Shown: in pieces, positions 25,765 to 38,272 of the stretch
Numbering within the stretch: position 1 is the stretch's first letter
Layout: every line of letters begins with the position of its first letter
Assembly (NCBI GenBank): GCA_964016885.1
Contig: OZ024743.1
Coordinates: 290,718,001-290,782,000 of the forward strand
Reading direction: 5' to 3'
Length of the DNA stretch: 64,000 nucleotides
DNA from: Eledone cirrhosa
Lineage: Eukaryota
The notes under the pieces: model-generated
Told to the model about the DNA's origin: nothing
The model's input: the letters and a program-made list of their open reading frames with translations, nothing else
The model's database searches: none
Program-made: the position numbers and the translations under genes

Positions 25765-28700
25765 CAGGGAGGAGAAACCGAGAGTAATAAAACTTATCAA
25801 TCCAACTAGTGCAGAACTAACACCCAACCTTTTCAACTTACTCTCTAAAGGTCTTAAATTCACACCGACCCCACTACATCCTAACTACTATGAAATGAAG
25901 GAAGACCTCACAGACTTCTGTAGAAAGTTACGACTCAGTGATGAACTATTCGACCAGTACAATGAGGATGAATCATTAGCCATAAATAGAAGCAATTACA
26001 CCCAATCAAAAGGTAGAAATAAAACCCTGGACGAATTCTGTGAACACATCACAAACTTCCCTTACCAACACTTGCACAGACAAAAACACAAGCCAAACGT
26101 CAACAAGAAAGAATGGGAAGAATTAAATAGATTAAAAACCGACAGAACCATTACAATTAAAGAGGCTGATAAAGGGAGTACAGTAGTCCTAATGGAGACA
26201 GAATTCTATATCAACTTAGCGCTCTCCACTTTGGAAAACGAAACATACTACGAAAAGGCTGAACACTACAATCAACAGAAAATTATGAGAAACCTAAAAA
26301 CTCTGATCAACCAATACAAAGAAGGACTCACTAACAAGGAATTCAGCTTCATCACACACTTCACAAGTAAATCCAGCCTTTTATACGGTATCTCTAAAGT
26401 ACATAAAAGCGAATTAATAAGTAAGGCATGCAAGGAAGCCACAGACATAGTCATCAATGTCCCCTCAACCAATGATCTCAAATTAAGACCTATAATAGCA
26501 GGCCCTGCATGCGAAACCCACCGCCTTAGCAACTTCATGTATACCCTTCTCAAGCCTTTTCTCAAACACATCAACAGCTATATAAGAGACGACCTAGATA
26601 TGCTGAATCACCTCCCTAATATGCCCCTTTCTGAACAAACCCTACTAGTGACTTTCGATGTAGTCAACCTATACTCCAACATCTCCCACAACCTAGGAAT
26701 AGAAGCTATCCAATTATGGCTGGATAATTGAACTCCCACAACGCATCAAAAAATAATTCGTGATAGAGGGACTCAAATTTATCTTGGAGAACAATTACTT
26801 CGTTTTCAATAACAAACACTACAGGCAGAAATCTGGTACCGCTATGGGAACGAAAACAGCACCCACTTATGCTAACCTAGTCATGGGATACCTGGAAATC
26901 ACCCTCTACACTAAAGTCCTAAACAAATTTGGAAACACTCTCCACTTATACATAGAAAGGAACTGGAATCGATATCTAGATGACTGCTACATCCTTTGGC
27001 ACGAAAACATCGAGAAACTTAAAGAATTCCACACCCTTATAAATGGGCTCAACACGAATATTAACTTCACGATGGAATACAGCCATCAACAACTCCCCTT
27101 CCTCGACATCCTCATTAAGATCCATAAGAAAAAATAGAAACAGACATATACTACAAGCCCACAGATTCCAAGCAATATCTTCCTTTCAACTCTTGCCACC
27201 CTAGACACGTTAAAATTAATATTCACTACAACTTAGCCAACAGACTCTGTACTATAGTCTCCAATAAAAACACCTGCTACTTACGGCTACAAGAACTAAA
27301 GGACACACTCATAGGCAGGGACTACCCTGCATCACTAATTGACAATGGAATCCAACGTGACCTAAAACTAAGTACCCAGAACCTTAGACACCCTAAAGTA
27401 AATCAACCGAAACTAAAAGCTCTTCCATACATCTCCACACACAACCCCCTCAACAATGAGGCCTTTGAGACCATCCTCCAGAACATCCCTGTGTTGAAAA
27501 AGGACCATAGAATGAACCAAATCCTACGAACACACGATATCATAAAGAGCAAAAGAAATCTAAGTCAATGAAAAACATCCTAACACATGCCAAAGTACTG
27601 CCAACCACAACAACGAAACCCACAGTAAAAAAAAATGCGATAGACCCAACTGTGGCATATGCATCAACCTAATAGAGGGTTCGGAATTATATTTCAAAGA
27701 AGGAAACGTTTTATAGTAAAACACAATTTCACATGCGCATCGGAAAATCTAATATATGTATTAACTTGCTCAGGTTGTCGAGAACAATACATAGGCCAGA
27801 CCAAACACAGCCTCCGCCAACGCATGACTGTCCATAGATCCCAAATTAAAATACGAGGATACAGGAAATTACCACTGAGTGAACACATTGATACCTGTGC
27901 CGCCCAAGAACATCACAACTTCAGAATCTTTCCCCTCTACAAATTTAAAGATAATGCCACCCAGACACAGCGCATCAGCAAGGAATGTTACTTTATTAAT
28001 AAATATGGACCCCGTCTAAACACATCTCCCTAAGACGAACCCACAACATACACACGTACACATACATACCTACATCAGCATACATCTCTATCCACATATA
28101 AACACAATGACATTCGTAAACACACATGTTCTATGGTGCAACACAAATATACACAAATTTGCTTACCTTTTGATGTCTATAGATATAAACGTGCCGACAC
28201 ACATACATACATAAACGCAAACATGCACTGCACACTGATGGGCACATACATATTTGTACACATGTATTCCAATACGGCAAGGCCTAATGGATTCCCCTTG
28301 CAGTACGTATAATCTGGACACTCACACACACCTTGGTATTATGCCAATACTATATATCATTTCACACCTTTTATTATTGAGGTTGTTGATGTTCTATTGA
28401 GAGAATTTTTTTTACTGAAAATATCGAATAATGTACACCATTTTACCAGTATCACAAAAATAAATACTGGTCCACCCACACACACACACACATATATACA
28501 CACACACACATACACACGCGTACATTAACATACAAAGAGACATACACACACACACACACACACACTTCTCCGTATAAGACAAGAGCTGAAAAATATCTTT
28601 TAACATGTTAACATATCCCCCACACACTTACAGACACATTCCTACTGACCATCCCTCTACCACGAATTTCTCTGCTACACACACACAAACACACACACAC

Positions 28701-29200
28701 ACACACACACATACATACACACATATACACACACACACACACACTTGTCTTAATAGGCATTTGAACTGTCATCAGGCTGCGGTTCGCACACACATCCCTG
28801 CTGACCATCATCACCACAACGAACCTCTTTACTACTACTACTACACACACACACACACATATATTTGTTTTGAAAGACTTATTTTTCAGTGACTTCTCAA
28901 TCAGCCGACACAAACCTACATTTGGCGCAAAATCAATTTATAACATTCACATGACCTCTACCGACCAATCAAAATTGTTTTGACCACAAGAATTTTTGCA
29001 ACACGAATTGGCGCGAAACTTATTTTAATACCGCTGGAGCCACTTTTTTCACATAAAAATAGGTATAATTTCCAAAACTAGTCAGATTATAGCAAACATC
29101 ACGGACGCTCTATCTCAAAATTTTTTTTGAAAAGCATTAGAAATGCGCAACCGGTAGAACTTTAAACCAAAACTGAATACTAACCAATTTATTACTAATT
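25765..29200 (+). mobile_element. Penelope-like element, RT plus GIY-YIG endonuclease (frameshifted, 5'-truncated), with 3' UTR
   Basis: LLSKGLKFTP, IKEADKG, LRPII, TFDVVNLYSNI, GTAMGTKTAPTYANL and RYLDD. ORF 27659..28033 contains NLIYVLTC..QYIGQT..LRQR..H..KE..FI..P.LN. Confidence 0.92.
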
Positions 29201-29265
29201 TTCACTTATTCCTAATTAAACTTTTTTCACTGTGAACAATTTGTCAGCATTTTCTTTTCCGTTTA

Positions 29266-29351
<86 letters not shown>

Positions 29352-29357
29352 TACATA

Positions 29358-29611
29358 TATAATTGTTTCTACTTTGGGCACAAGGCCAGCAATTATCCAG
29401 TGTATTACTGGTACTTTATTTTATCGCTCCCATAAGGATAAAAGACAAAGTTAACCTCGGCGCGATATATATATATAATTGTTTCTACTTTTAGCACAAG
29501 GCCAGCAAATACCCAGTGCATTACTGGTACTTTATTTTATCGACCCCGTAAGGATGAAAGGCAAAGTTAACCTCGGCGGGATTTGAACTCAGAATGGAAA
29601 GGGCCGTAACT

Positions 29612-29612
<1 letters not shown>
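29358..29612 (-). mobile_element. Two tandem 5'-truncated SINE copies
   Basis: aattgtttctact..ggcacaaggccagc..ggtactttattttatcgacccc..aaagttaacctcgg occurs twice. Confidence 0.8.
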
Positions 29613-29672
<60 letters not shown>

Positions 29673-30211
29673 ATGATAAGGAATAAGGATTTAGTATTGC
29701 ATCATACCATATTTAATAACATATTACAATATGTTTATCTATCAATCAGCTCGAGGCAAGATCTATTATAGATCGAATCTGACTCTGTAATCGAAAGGTC
29801 ATCAGTTATGTTTAGTGTATGGGTTCGCCTCCCATTCTAAGTGTTCAAACCTTCATATTAGCTATCTACAGCAAATATTAGCATCCTGTTATTATAGGCC
29901 TTTCCAATGGCTCAGTTATCCCATCATCATTATCATTATTTTATCATCTGCGTGGAATTTGTCTGTCATTCCGTCTAGCTGCCGTGTGCATTCAGCAGTG
30001 GGTGTTGTTACATTGTGGTTTACTGCTAGATTTAATATTCCTATACCACTGATATTTCCACATATACACACACATACATACAGATACATATACACAAACA
30101 CATATTAAAACACACACATGCCCATATACACACATACATACAGGTACATTCGTGCACATACGCAAACACGCACATATACATGCACATACATATATATATA
30201 TATATATATAT

Positions 30212-30713
30212 AATAAATGTAATCTGAGTTTTTCGAATATTTATAAGAACATTCGTTTCATTTGCAATTATGCAAACACACCTCATTTTTAAAGCCATGC
30301 CAATAGAATAAACATTGTTCTTGTGTTGGCCTGTAAACAGAACTGCAGACACTAATGTTTCTGGGTATCAGCTTTGATCAGTACAATTCACTGCTCCCCT
30401 GCCGACTGTCAGAGCTAGTGAAAATATATGCTATTTTCTAAAATATACAGTGACAGAAGGCCTGATTTGCATATTAGCAGACTGGCTGATCAGTCAGATC
30501 TGCATATTAGCAGATCCACTGATCAGCTAGATTTGCATATCAGCAAACTGGCCAGGCTGCTTTCTGTATACGAGCGGTAAATGGCCGGCTTTGCCCTAAT
30601 TAAATAATTAAAAATTTGTGCGCTCTACATGGCTGAATACAATAAATGTAATCTGAGTTTTTCGAATATTAATAATAACATTCGATTCATGTGCAATTAT
30701 GCAAACAAGCCTC
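30212..30713 (-). mobile_element. Retrozyme-like element, family 1, copy 2 (HHR 30340-30389, core CUGAUCA)
   Basis: Reverse-complement homolog of 23077-23618. Direct repeats start at 30212 and 30641 (period ~430). Confidence 0.8.
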
Positions 30714-30724
30714 ATTCTTGGCCT

Positions 30725-30960
30725 TGTGTACGGGAGCCTCCCAAAAGTAAGATGAGACTGACGTTAGCTGGACATGCTCACCGACATTCAGAGTTGACAC
30801 TGCATTCAGTGCTCCTGTGGGAGCCACTGCATGGACATACTGGAAGAGGAACACCGAGGTTAACATATGTTGATGCCCTGGTCGCTTGGAGACTCAGGAC
30901 ATAGCAGCGATAATGAGGGACAGAGAGTACTCGTCCATGGTTCTCGAGGATTTTACCCGC
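30725..30960 (+). mobile_element. RTE-like LINE 3' fragment
   Basis: RLTLAGHAHRH..VLLWEP..GRGTPRLTYVDAL. Confidence 0.7.
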
Positions 30961-30962
30961 CC

Positions 30963-31046
<84 letters not shown>

Positions 31047-31091
31047 CATATATAAATATATATATATATATATAGAAATATCGGTATAGAT

Positions 31092-31213
31092 ATATAGAAA
31101 AGACTTCCACAGGAAGAGAACTCTTTTATTCGGGATAAATCATCAGGAAGCCGACTTCCTGATGACTTCTCGTGTATGAAGCAGTTCTAGTCATGTAGAA
31201 GCCTTTTCTATAT
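31092..31213. repeat. Imperfect hairpin with CTGATGA on both arms
   Basis: atatagaaaagacttc..tcatcaggaag ccga cttcctgatga..gaagccttttctatat. Confidence 0.6.
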
Positions 31214-31679
31214 TAAATATTTATACTCTGCTTTGTATTGAGTACCTTACTTACTGTGGTTACCCACGATGGAACCCGGGATAAATTTATATATATATAT
31301 ATATATATATGAGGGGGGGGGGCGTGTGTGTGTGTGTCTATGGGCGTGGGCATGTGTGTCTGTGTGTGTGTGTGTGTGTGTAAATATATATAATTAGAGA
31401 GGGAGAGAGATATAAAATCTCAACCGTGGTTCGAAACGGTTTCTGCTTGTGTCGAAAATCTGATTTTTTCCACGTGGCAACACTATCACCCACACTCTTT
31501 CCACAATTTCAAACCTATCTGCTAATATATAACAATGTCAGATCTGGATTCCTCACCACCGTTATCACTTTCATATAACTAATTATATATAGTGTATATA
31601 TAAGTATAAATAATAATATTATTATTATTATATATATATATATATGTCTAACTTAATAGCAGCACATGGAGAAATGTTT

Positions 31680-32310
31680 CAAATCAGTATTTGGATACCA
31701 TGGCCGACTCAAGTGGAGAGTTATTATTTACTGTGACATATCCGGGATTTCTTGTAGGAATTTGTCCAAAGAATTCTTGAATTTTAAATTTGTTTTGATG
31801 TAATGTAAAGAGAGCGGGGCCAATTGAGATGAAATCATTGTGACGTACTTTAGTTATGAGATGCGAGTGTGAATTGTGTCGTGGGTGGATAGCACCGGGC
31901 CCAAGTCTTGGGTGTTCCTGAAAGGTGATGCCAAGATAATTTGGGCAATGCTGATGGAATATTTTCCACATCATACAGATGATGTAGCGCTAACGGAAAT
32001 GTTGGAGAGAATAAGGGTTGAGCTTTTCTAGTCGACCCCAATACTCAAGGCCTGTCATGCCAACTATCTTTTTTGTAATTGACATTTGAGGTGCTTAACA
32101 TTTCATGATACGTTGTTTCCTGTGAGGAGACCACAGTCGACAAGAGTATTCAAGGTGGGGTCGGGCAAAAGTGGAGAGAACAAAAGGATAACATTGTGGA
32201 TGTCTCTCCATTGGTAGATTCTGATAATCCAGGAACACATTCTGCGGGCATGTCAACTTCGCTGTTTATATGAGTGGCCCAACCTATGTTGTTGTTCACA
32301 ATTTCTACCA
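31680..32310 (-). mobile_element. CR1-like LINE 3' fragment
   Basis: RPHLEYSCRLWSP and LEYW..LEKLN-like motifs, then WKI..PN..HPRLG..GPALF..PGY..NNNS. Confidence 0.7.
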
Positions 32311-32425
32311 ACTCTCTGATGATGGATGGTACAAGAGTTTAACCTGCATGAAGTGATATATACCCCCCCCCCCACAAACACACACATATACACCCACACA
32401 CACACACACAATCACACACACATAC

Positions 32426-32473
<48 letters not shown>

Positions 32474-32497
32474 GTATATATGTACATATATACATAC

Positions 32498-33280
32498 ATG
32501 AAACCATGGTAGAGGTAATTAAATATGTCTTCTAAGTTTATTTTACACCTAATTGTGTTTAGTTGACTGTATATCTGGTCGATTTCTACATGCTGTAGGT
32601 TATTTTGCTAATTGGGAGAGGAAATGGTATATATTATATCTAGTGATTCTAAAGACATGTTGTATGATATATAGCTCTGATTATTTAATTTATTAATTCT
32701 TCATTGAGCCACAACGTGACCCGTTGCAAAACACATATATATCTATGACTCTATATATATGTAAACCCTTATATGTAATAATCTCCTGTTAGTTTGAGAT
32801 ACAATTTGGGTATTATGGGCTGGGCTTTCTAGCAATAAGCCTACCCGCCGTAAGCAACTAATCTCATCCTTTCTAACTTGACCGCTGCCACGTCACGATT
32901 CTTAGCCATTTTTGAATGTATTCTTGGCGCGATTACTTTGGAAAATTAATTGTCTAATTTTGAGCTCACTCCTGATGAATCCGAAGCTCTGGACATTCCT
33001 GTTATCGGATGTCTTAAAATACGGATGAAACCATGGTAGAGGTAATTAAATATGTACGCATTTCTTTTAAGTTTATTCTACACCTAATCGTGTTTAGTTG
33101 ACTGTATATCTGGTCGATTTCTACATGCTGTCGAAATGTTCGATAAACACTCCATCGTAGCCGTCGCGAAGGGGCTGCTTTCAGTTATTTGTCGGAGATT
33201 CCTGCATAGGAGACTTTATTTTTATAGCTTGGTCTAATTGATTTTTTATATGGTTAATTATGCTAATTGGGAGAGGAATA
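32498..33280 (+). mobile_element. Retrozyme-like element, family 2 (partial tandem, period ~527 bp)
   Basis: 32498-32596 is repeated at 33025-33130, and tgctaattgggagagga recurs; HHR at 32968-33043. Confidence 0.72.
32968..33043 (+). ncRNA. Type I hammerhead ribozyme with a palindromic minimal stem III
   Basis: ACUC-CUGAUGA-AUCCG..(GACAUUC/GGAUGUC)..CGGAU-GAAA-CCAUGG-UA-GAGGU. Confidence 0.8.
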
Positions 33281-33429
33281 CGACGAGTGTGTTTAACTCT
33301 AATGCACTGAAGTATTTTTATCTTATATATATATATATATATATATTTGTGTATAGTGGTAGCTATGGTGCTCCCGTAGGTGGTATGCCAAAATTAGCAC
33401 TCGATATTCATCAGAGTAGAGTGTATATA

Positions 33430-33603
33430 TTATCAAGAAAACGAAAAATCAGTGATGCATCTGGACGTGTCTGAAAGAACCGGCAGAAGTAGAATCAGCC
33501 AGATCCATACAAGGACCATGACTCGAGCTACATGCCGGCGAAACGTTTGTAACACGAAATAAACTAAGTCCAGATGCATCACTGATTTTCCGTTTTCTTG
33601 ATA

Positions 33604-33604
<1 letters not shown>
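33430..33604 (+). mobile_element. 175-bp inverted-repeat element enclosing a hammerhead (33466-33556)
   Basis: 37-bp inverted repeats 33430-33466 / 33568-33604. CGUGU-CUGAAAGA-a-CCGGCA..UGCCGG-c-GAAAC guuu GUA-ACACG, followed by AATAAA. Confidence 0.8.
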
Positions 33605-33646
<42 letters not shown>

Positions 33647-33690
33647 CCATGTATGAAAACAACATCACATTTTCGAATGTGTATATCTAC

Positions 33691-33814
33691 TGGCCTACAA
33701 CTTGTTTCGGAAGCCGAATGATTCATTTACACATGGAGTAAATGATTACCCATCCGAAAATCGATAAACGTACAGTGAATACTAACATTATACTCAGCGC
33801 CTTCATCAGAGCCA
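33691..33814 (-). ncRNA. Type I hammerhead ribozyme with intact core and long stem II
   Basis: Minus strand reads UGGCU-CUGAUGA-aggcGCUGAG..UUCGGCuucc-GAAACAA g UUGUA-GGCCA. Confidence 0.78.
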
Positions 33815-34159
33815 AAAATGAAGAAAAATACATATTATATCAATAAAATTAAAAAGATATCACCGAAGAGAAGATCCTACAAAAAAAGCGATAGTTGTAT
33901 AGAATTCGTCCACATTTTAAAAAGTTTCATATAGTGAAAAGCCGTTAAAATTTCAATAATAATGACGGTTACAGAAATTTGAGTGTGATCAGAGCTAAGA
34001 GATATACAATAATATATATAGGTAAGTATGTTTTGAAACAGCGAGCGAGTTTGAAATTAGATATAGAAGCTTTCGCCGTATTTTGAATAAAAATCTTTTA
34101 GCCTGATAGTGAGGAGAAAAAACCCTCAAAGAGATTGAAAAATATGAGTAAAGGTGTAC

Positions 34160-34216
34160 ATGGGAGTCGAACCCATATCTTTGCTTACTCAGACCACCCT
34201 GCTATCATTACACCAA
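34160..34216 (-). mobile_element. tRNA-derived SINE head or tRNA pseudogene
   Basis: A box TGGTGTAATGA and B box GGTTCGACTCC; the cloverleaf is incomplete. Confidence 0.5.
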
Positions 34217-36834
34217 CACATCACCCATTTTTTCCATTCAAATTAGAAGCTACATTCTTAGCATGTATAATGACTTTTAAGTAAGATTGGGGGTTTGTGA
34301 GACATGTCTTCTCTTGTGAAAATGAGTATAGCATACATTATGTAAAGATCTACCCATTTTGCCTAATTTCACCGGTTATTTTCAGAGGTTGGCAGGTTTG
34401 CATAATTTTCACCATGCTTTTCTTGGCATATACGACACAGTGCGTAAAAAGCGGCTGAAAATTACCCAAATATACTGGCAATTTTCTTGCTTACCTGACT
34501 TCTTAAGTGACAGTATTGGCGTGAGGGTATCAGATGATGTTTTGCTTATTTTATTGATCTTTGAATTATTGAGAAAACTATTTAAAACTAATTAAATATT
34601 GTTTTACACTTATATCATATATGTAATTATTTTCAATTAGCATTATTTTATATATTTTAGGATGATCATGTTACCAATATTGCCAATAAATAAACGCATG
34701 GTTTATTAATTTTCACTTCAGCATTTTGCATTAGTCTTTAGTTTAGTAATTACATTATCTTACTTAATTGTTCAATTTCTTTCGTCACATATTTATGACC
34801 TACTCAATGGCTATTTGCTTTACTATGCACCTTCATTTTGCGCTCTCTCTTACTTTGCTTACTCCATCTTATCCTTCTGTTGTACGTTTCAGTGCCTGCG
34901 ATTGATTTTTTGTCTACGCCTCTGTCTAAGGTTCGTCCTTGCCATGTGTGTAAGAGTTTGGGTGGGCATGTGTGGTACGTATCTTTAATTCTCTGATTGT
35001 GTTTTCGTATGAATTTTTCCCTATCATCTGTGTTCTTTTCTGTCCTCAGCGGTTAGTTTGTGCATTGAATTGTGTTATTATTCATTCTACATCAAATATT
35101 CTAAGGATTGTATAGGCTTTGTTGGATACAAAGAGAAAGTTTGGTGAAGATCCCATCAATTCTGTTCCTGGACCTAGCAGTAAATGTTGTCCTTTAAGAA
35201 GGCAAGTTCTTTATACGCTGCATCGTTATTGTCAGTTGATAATGAGCACCAACATTTGGACTTTTAAACCTACGATGTTCTGGAATTCTCTCTTCGTTGT
35301 CATGAAGTTCCACATGATAACCGGCCTGCTACAGGATGATTATCATCCAGGCTCAAGTAAACCCTGACTTTTAAATTTGCAATATAGAATATAGTTGCTA
35401 ATGCTGATATATGATATAATGAATGGCATCGCCGGCCATCATGTGCATCTAAAATGATATTGTTAATTTAACGGAAATTGACTTTGTATTTCAAAGAAGA
35501 AGGTAGCCACGTGTCTGCAACAAACTATATATAAGATTTGCTGCAACAATCCACTTACAAATCACTAGGATCAGCAGTATTTTGTCCTTGACTATAGTTT
35601 TATATTAAGGTAACATTAGCTTGATGAATACACATAGAAAACATGAAACGGTAAATTGAATAATTTTAATCGATTTTAAAATATCTCAATAGTTGAATTT
35701 TAGCTAGCTAAGATTTAAAGTTGTTTTATTTCATATTTACGATATCATTCATTACGTTGGCAGTGAAATAAGATAACCGATATTGCAGCAAGTTGACTTA
35801 TGATAATAAATACTTTAGGAAAACTTAACATAGCATGTAAAACGATAATATTTTACATTGTAAATTATTAGAAATTTGATGTAAGAATGCATCTGAGAGG
35901 AAATAAAACAAAGTATATCAATTTTCTCTCTATCATTTATTTTGTCAATAAACGTTAAAATAAAATACAAAATAACAAGGACGAAAATATCAAATGAAAC
36001 AAATTGTTAAATCGTAACAAATAACCAAAGAATATTTAATAACATTGTTATCGAAAATGTTGCGAAAATGAAATCAATGTGAATTAATTAATTTCACTAT
36101 AAAACTACAAGAAAATATTTGCAATTAATTCCAACCAGTTGAACAGTTCGTTGTTGTTTTGTTTTTTAAGTTTCATTTCTCCAGTAGTATTATTGCAACA
36201 CAGATATGATTGTGTTAAGTTTCCTATAAGAAGTGTTTTCACTTGAGGCAATATAAGTTTTAATCCTATGACCAGACAACATTGATGACGTTTCACTTCC
36301 TTAATGCTGACAATGGGGTTCTTCAAGATAGCATTGTCTCAGAAAGTCATTATATTTTTCAAAGAATTTATCTTCTTTTGATTTCACCTTAAATGTTGCT
36401 CTATTCTGTGAAGTAGGTGGAAAATTAATAGAAATGTAAAGGCGAAGGAGATACGTTTTGCGTTAAATGTTGCGTCTCACTGCTATCTAGGTTTTAATCA
36501 GGCCGACGTCAACTTTGAATTTTAGCATTTCGGGGTCCAGAAAATTAAGCACCCTTTTAAAGCGATTGATTTGTGTAATTATTAGATTATGAGACGAAAG
36601 GATTCGGATGTATGTGCCAGCTCTTTTGTGCCTGAGTTCAAATACTATTGTAGCCCCATTTACATCTAAATAGTACATGGTGTTGTTGCGGTACGACACT
36701 GCTTCAAGTATCTAGGATAGAACACTACAAATCCGCTATACCTTTCTCACTCCTAGCAATTTTGAAGGCACTGAAAAGGCAGAAGAGCACGGCTTTCTTT
36801 TTCTTGGTACAAGATATAGGTCAAACAATCATAT

Positions 36835-36886
<52 letters not shown>

Positions 36887-36923
36887 AGGAAGTTATAGTT
36901 CACTTGAAGCATTGTGTAATGAG

Positions 36924-37280
36924 GTATATGTATAATAAAGCTAAAACAATGCAGGTATGGACATAGAATAAAGAATGCAAATGCAACAGATATATTGACA
37001 ATTAGTCTTTTATCTTAGATTTATTTAAATGTCCTTAATTTTCGAGATAATATATCTTCTTCGGAGAGAAGTAAAGCGGTTAAACCAGCATGACTTGACA
37101 AGCTATTTAGAACACTGGTTTAACCGCTTTACTTCCCTCCGAAGAAGAGATATTATCTCGAAAATTAATGACTTTTATATAAATCTAAGGTAAAAGAGTA
37201 ATTGTCAACAATATCTTTTGCATTTGCATGCTGTATTCTATGTCCATACCTGCATTGTTTTGGCTTTATTATACATATAC
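36924..37280. repeat. Long fold-back element (~165 bp arms) with an HHR-like motif on each arm
   Basis: 36924-37088 is an inverted copy of 37115-37280; CCGAAGA-a-GAGAU auu AUCUC-GAAA; lies between (TA)n tracts. Confidence 0.8.
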
Positions 37281-37284
37281 AAAC

Positions 37285-37368
<84 letters not shown>

Positions 37369-37462
37369 AGTAATAATAATAAATGTGAAAACTAAAATCC
37401 AAAGAGGGCTCGATAAGGAGAAATATATATCAAAGATATAAGAACCCTAGAGAAAATATTTA

Positions 37463-37547
<85 letters not shown>

Positions 37548-38064
37548 TTATTTATATGGGAGAGCAACATGCTAAGACTATTCACATTAAATGTTTCAAT
37601 TATTTATACAATACCAGATATTTCCAGATGTTAGACATCTATTTTATCAGATGCATTGGAGAACAACCAATTAAACTGCTTTGTGAGCAGGAACATAAAG
37701 GCAATAGCCCATTTCTTATAGTGGCTCCATATCTAAGGACTCAAAATACCAAACATTTGATAGAACATTCTGGAAACACCAATTGTAATACCCCGGAAAC
37801 TGCAGCTGTAAAACCTGCCTCCATGAGATATTGCATATACAGCATCAACATGCATTTAGCCATTGGGATAAAATTGAACTGACGTGCTGCTGCCACCTGT
37901 TAATTTAAAACATATAATATAACATTCATGCGAATCAATATATGTTTAACTTTTGCTAAGCTTGGCTTCACTACTTGAACCTTGGGTACATTTCGTTGAT
38001 TTTACTCTGATGCCAGTATTCAAACTATGATTCAGTTTTGAGATTTTTCCTTTATTAATATTGG

Positions 38065-38272
38065 ATCTTGATTTAGGCACAATCCCCACGATTTTGGGGG
38101 ATGGGAAAGTCGATTAAATTGACCCCATTACCGGTACTTTTAAATATCGTCATCGTGAGGCTGAAAGACAAAGTTACCCTCTGGAGGATTTGAACTCAGA
38201 AGATAAAGGGGCGTAACCCTAAGCCATATATAATGTTCAGAAGATCTACCGATACTGCAAATCCACCACCTT
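38065..38272 (-). mobile_element. Degenerate tRNA-derived SINE
   Basis: ggatttgaactcag (B box, reverse) and ctaccgatactgc..ccacc (A box, reverse); Meta-like core. Confidence 0.65.

Noticed and set aside
34160-34216. Functional tRNA gene
   Set aside because: A and B boxes are present, but acceptor and anticodon stems do not form; more likely a SINE head.
36300-37900. Possible minus-strand host exons (acceptor-like sites near 36408 and 37897)
   Set aside because: Short frames with no recognisable homology and no consistent exon chain; RNA-seq would be needed.
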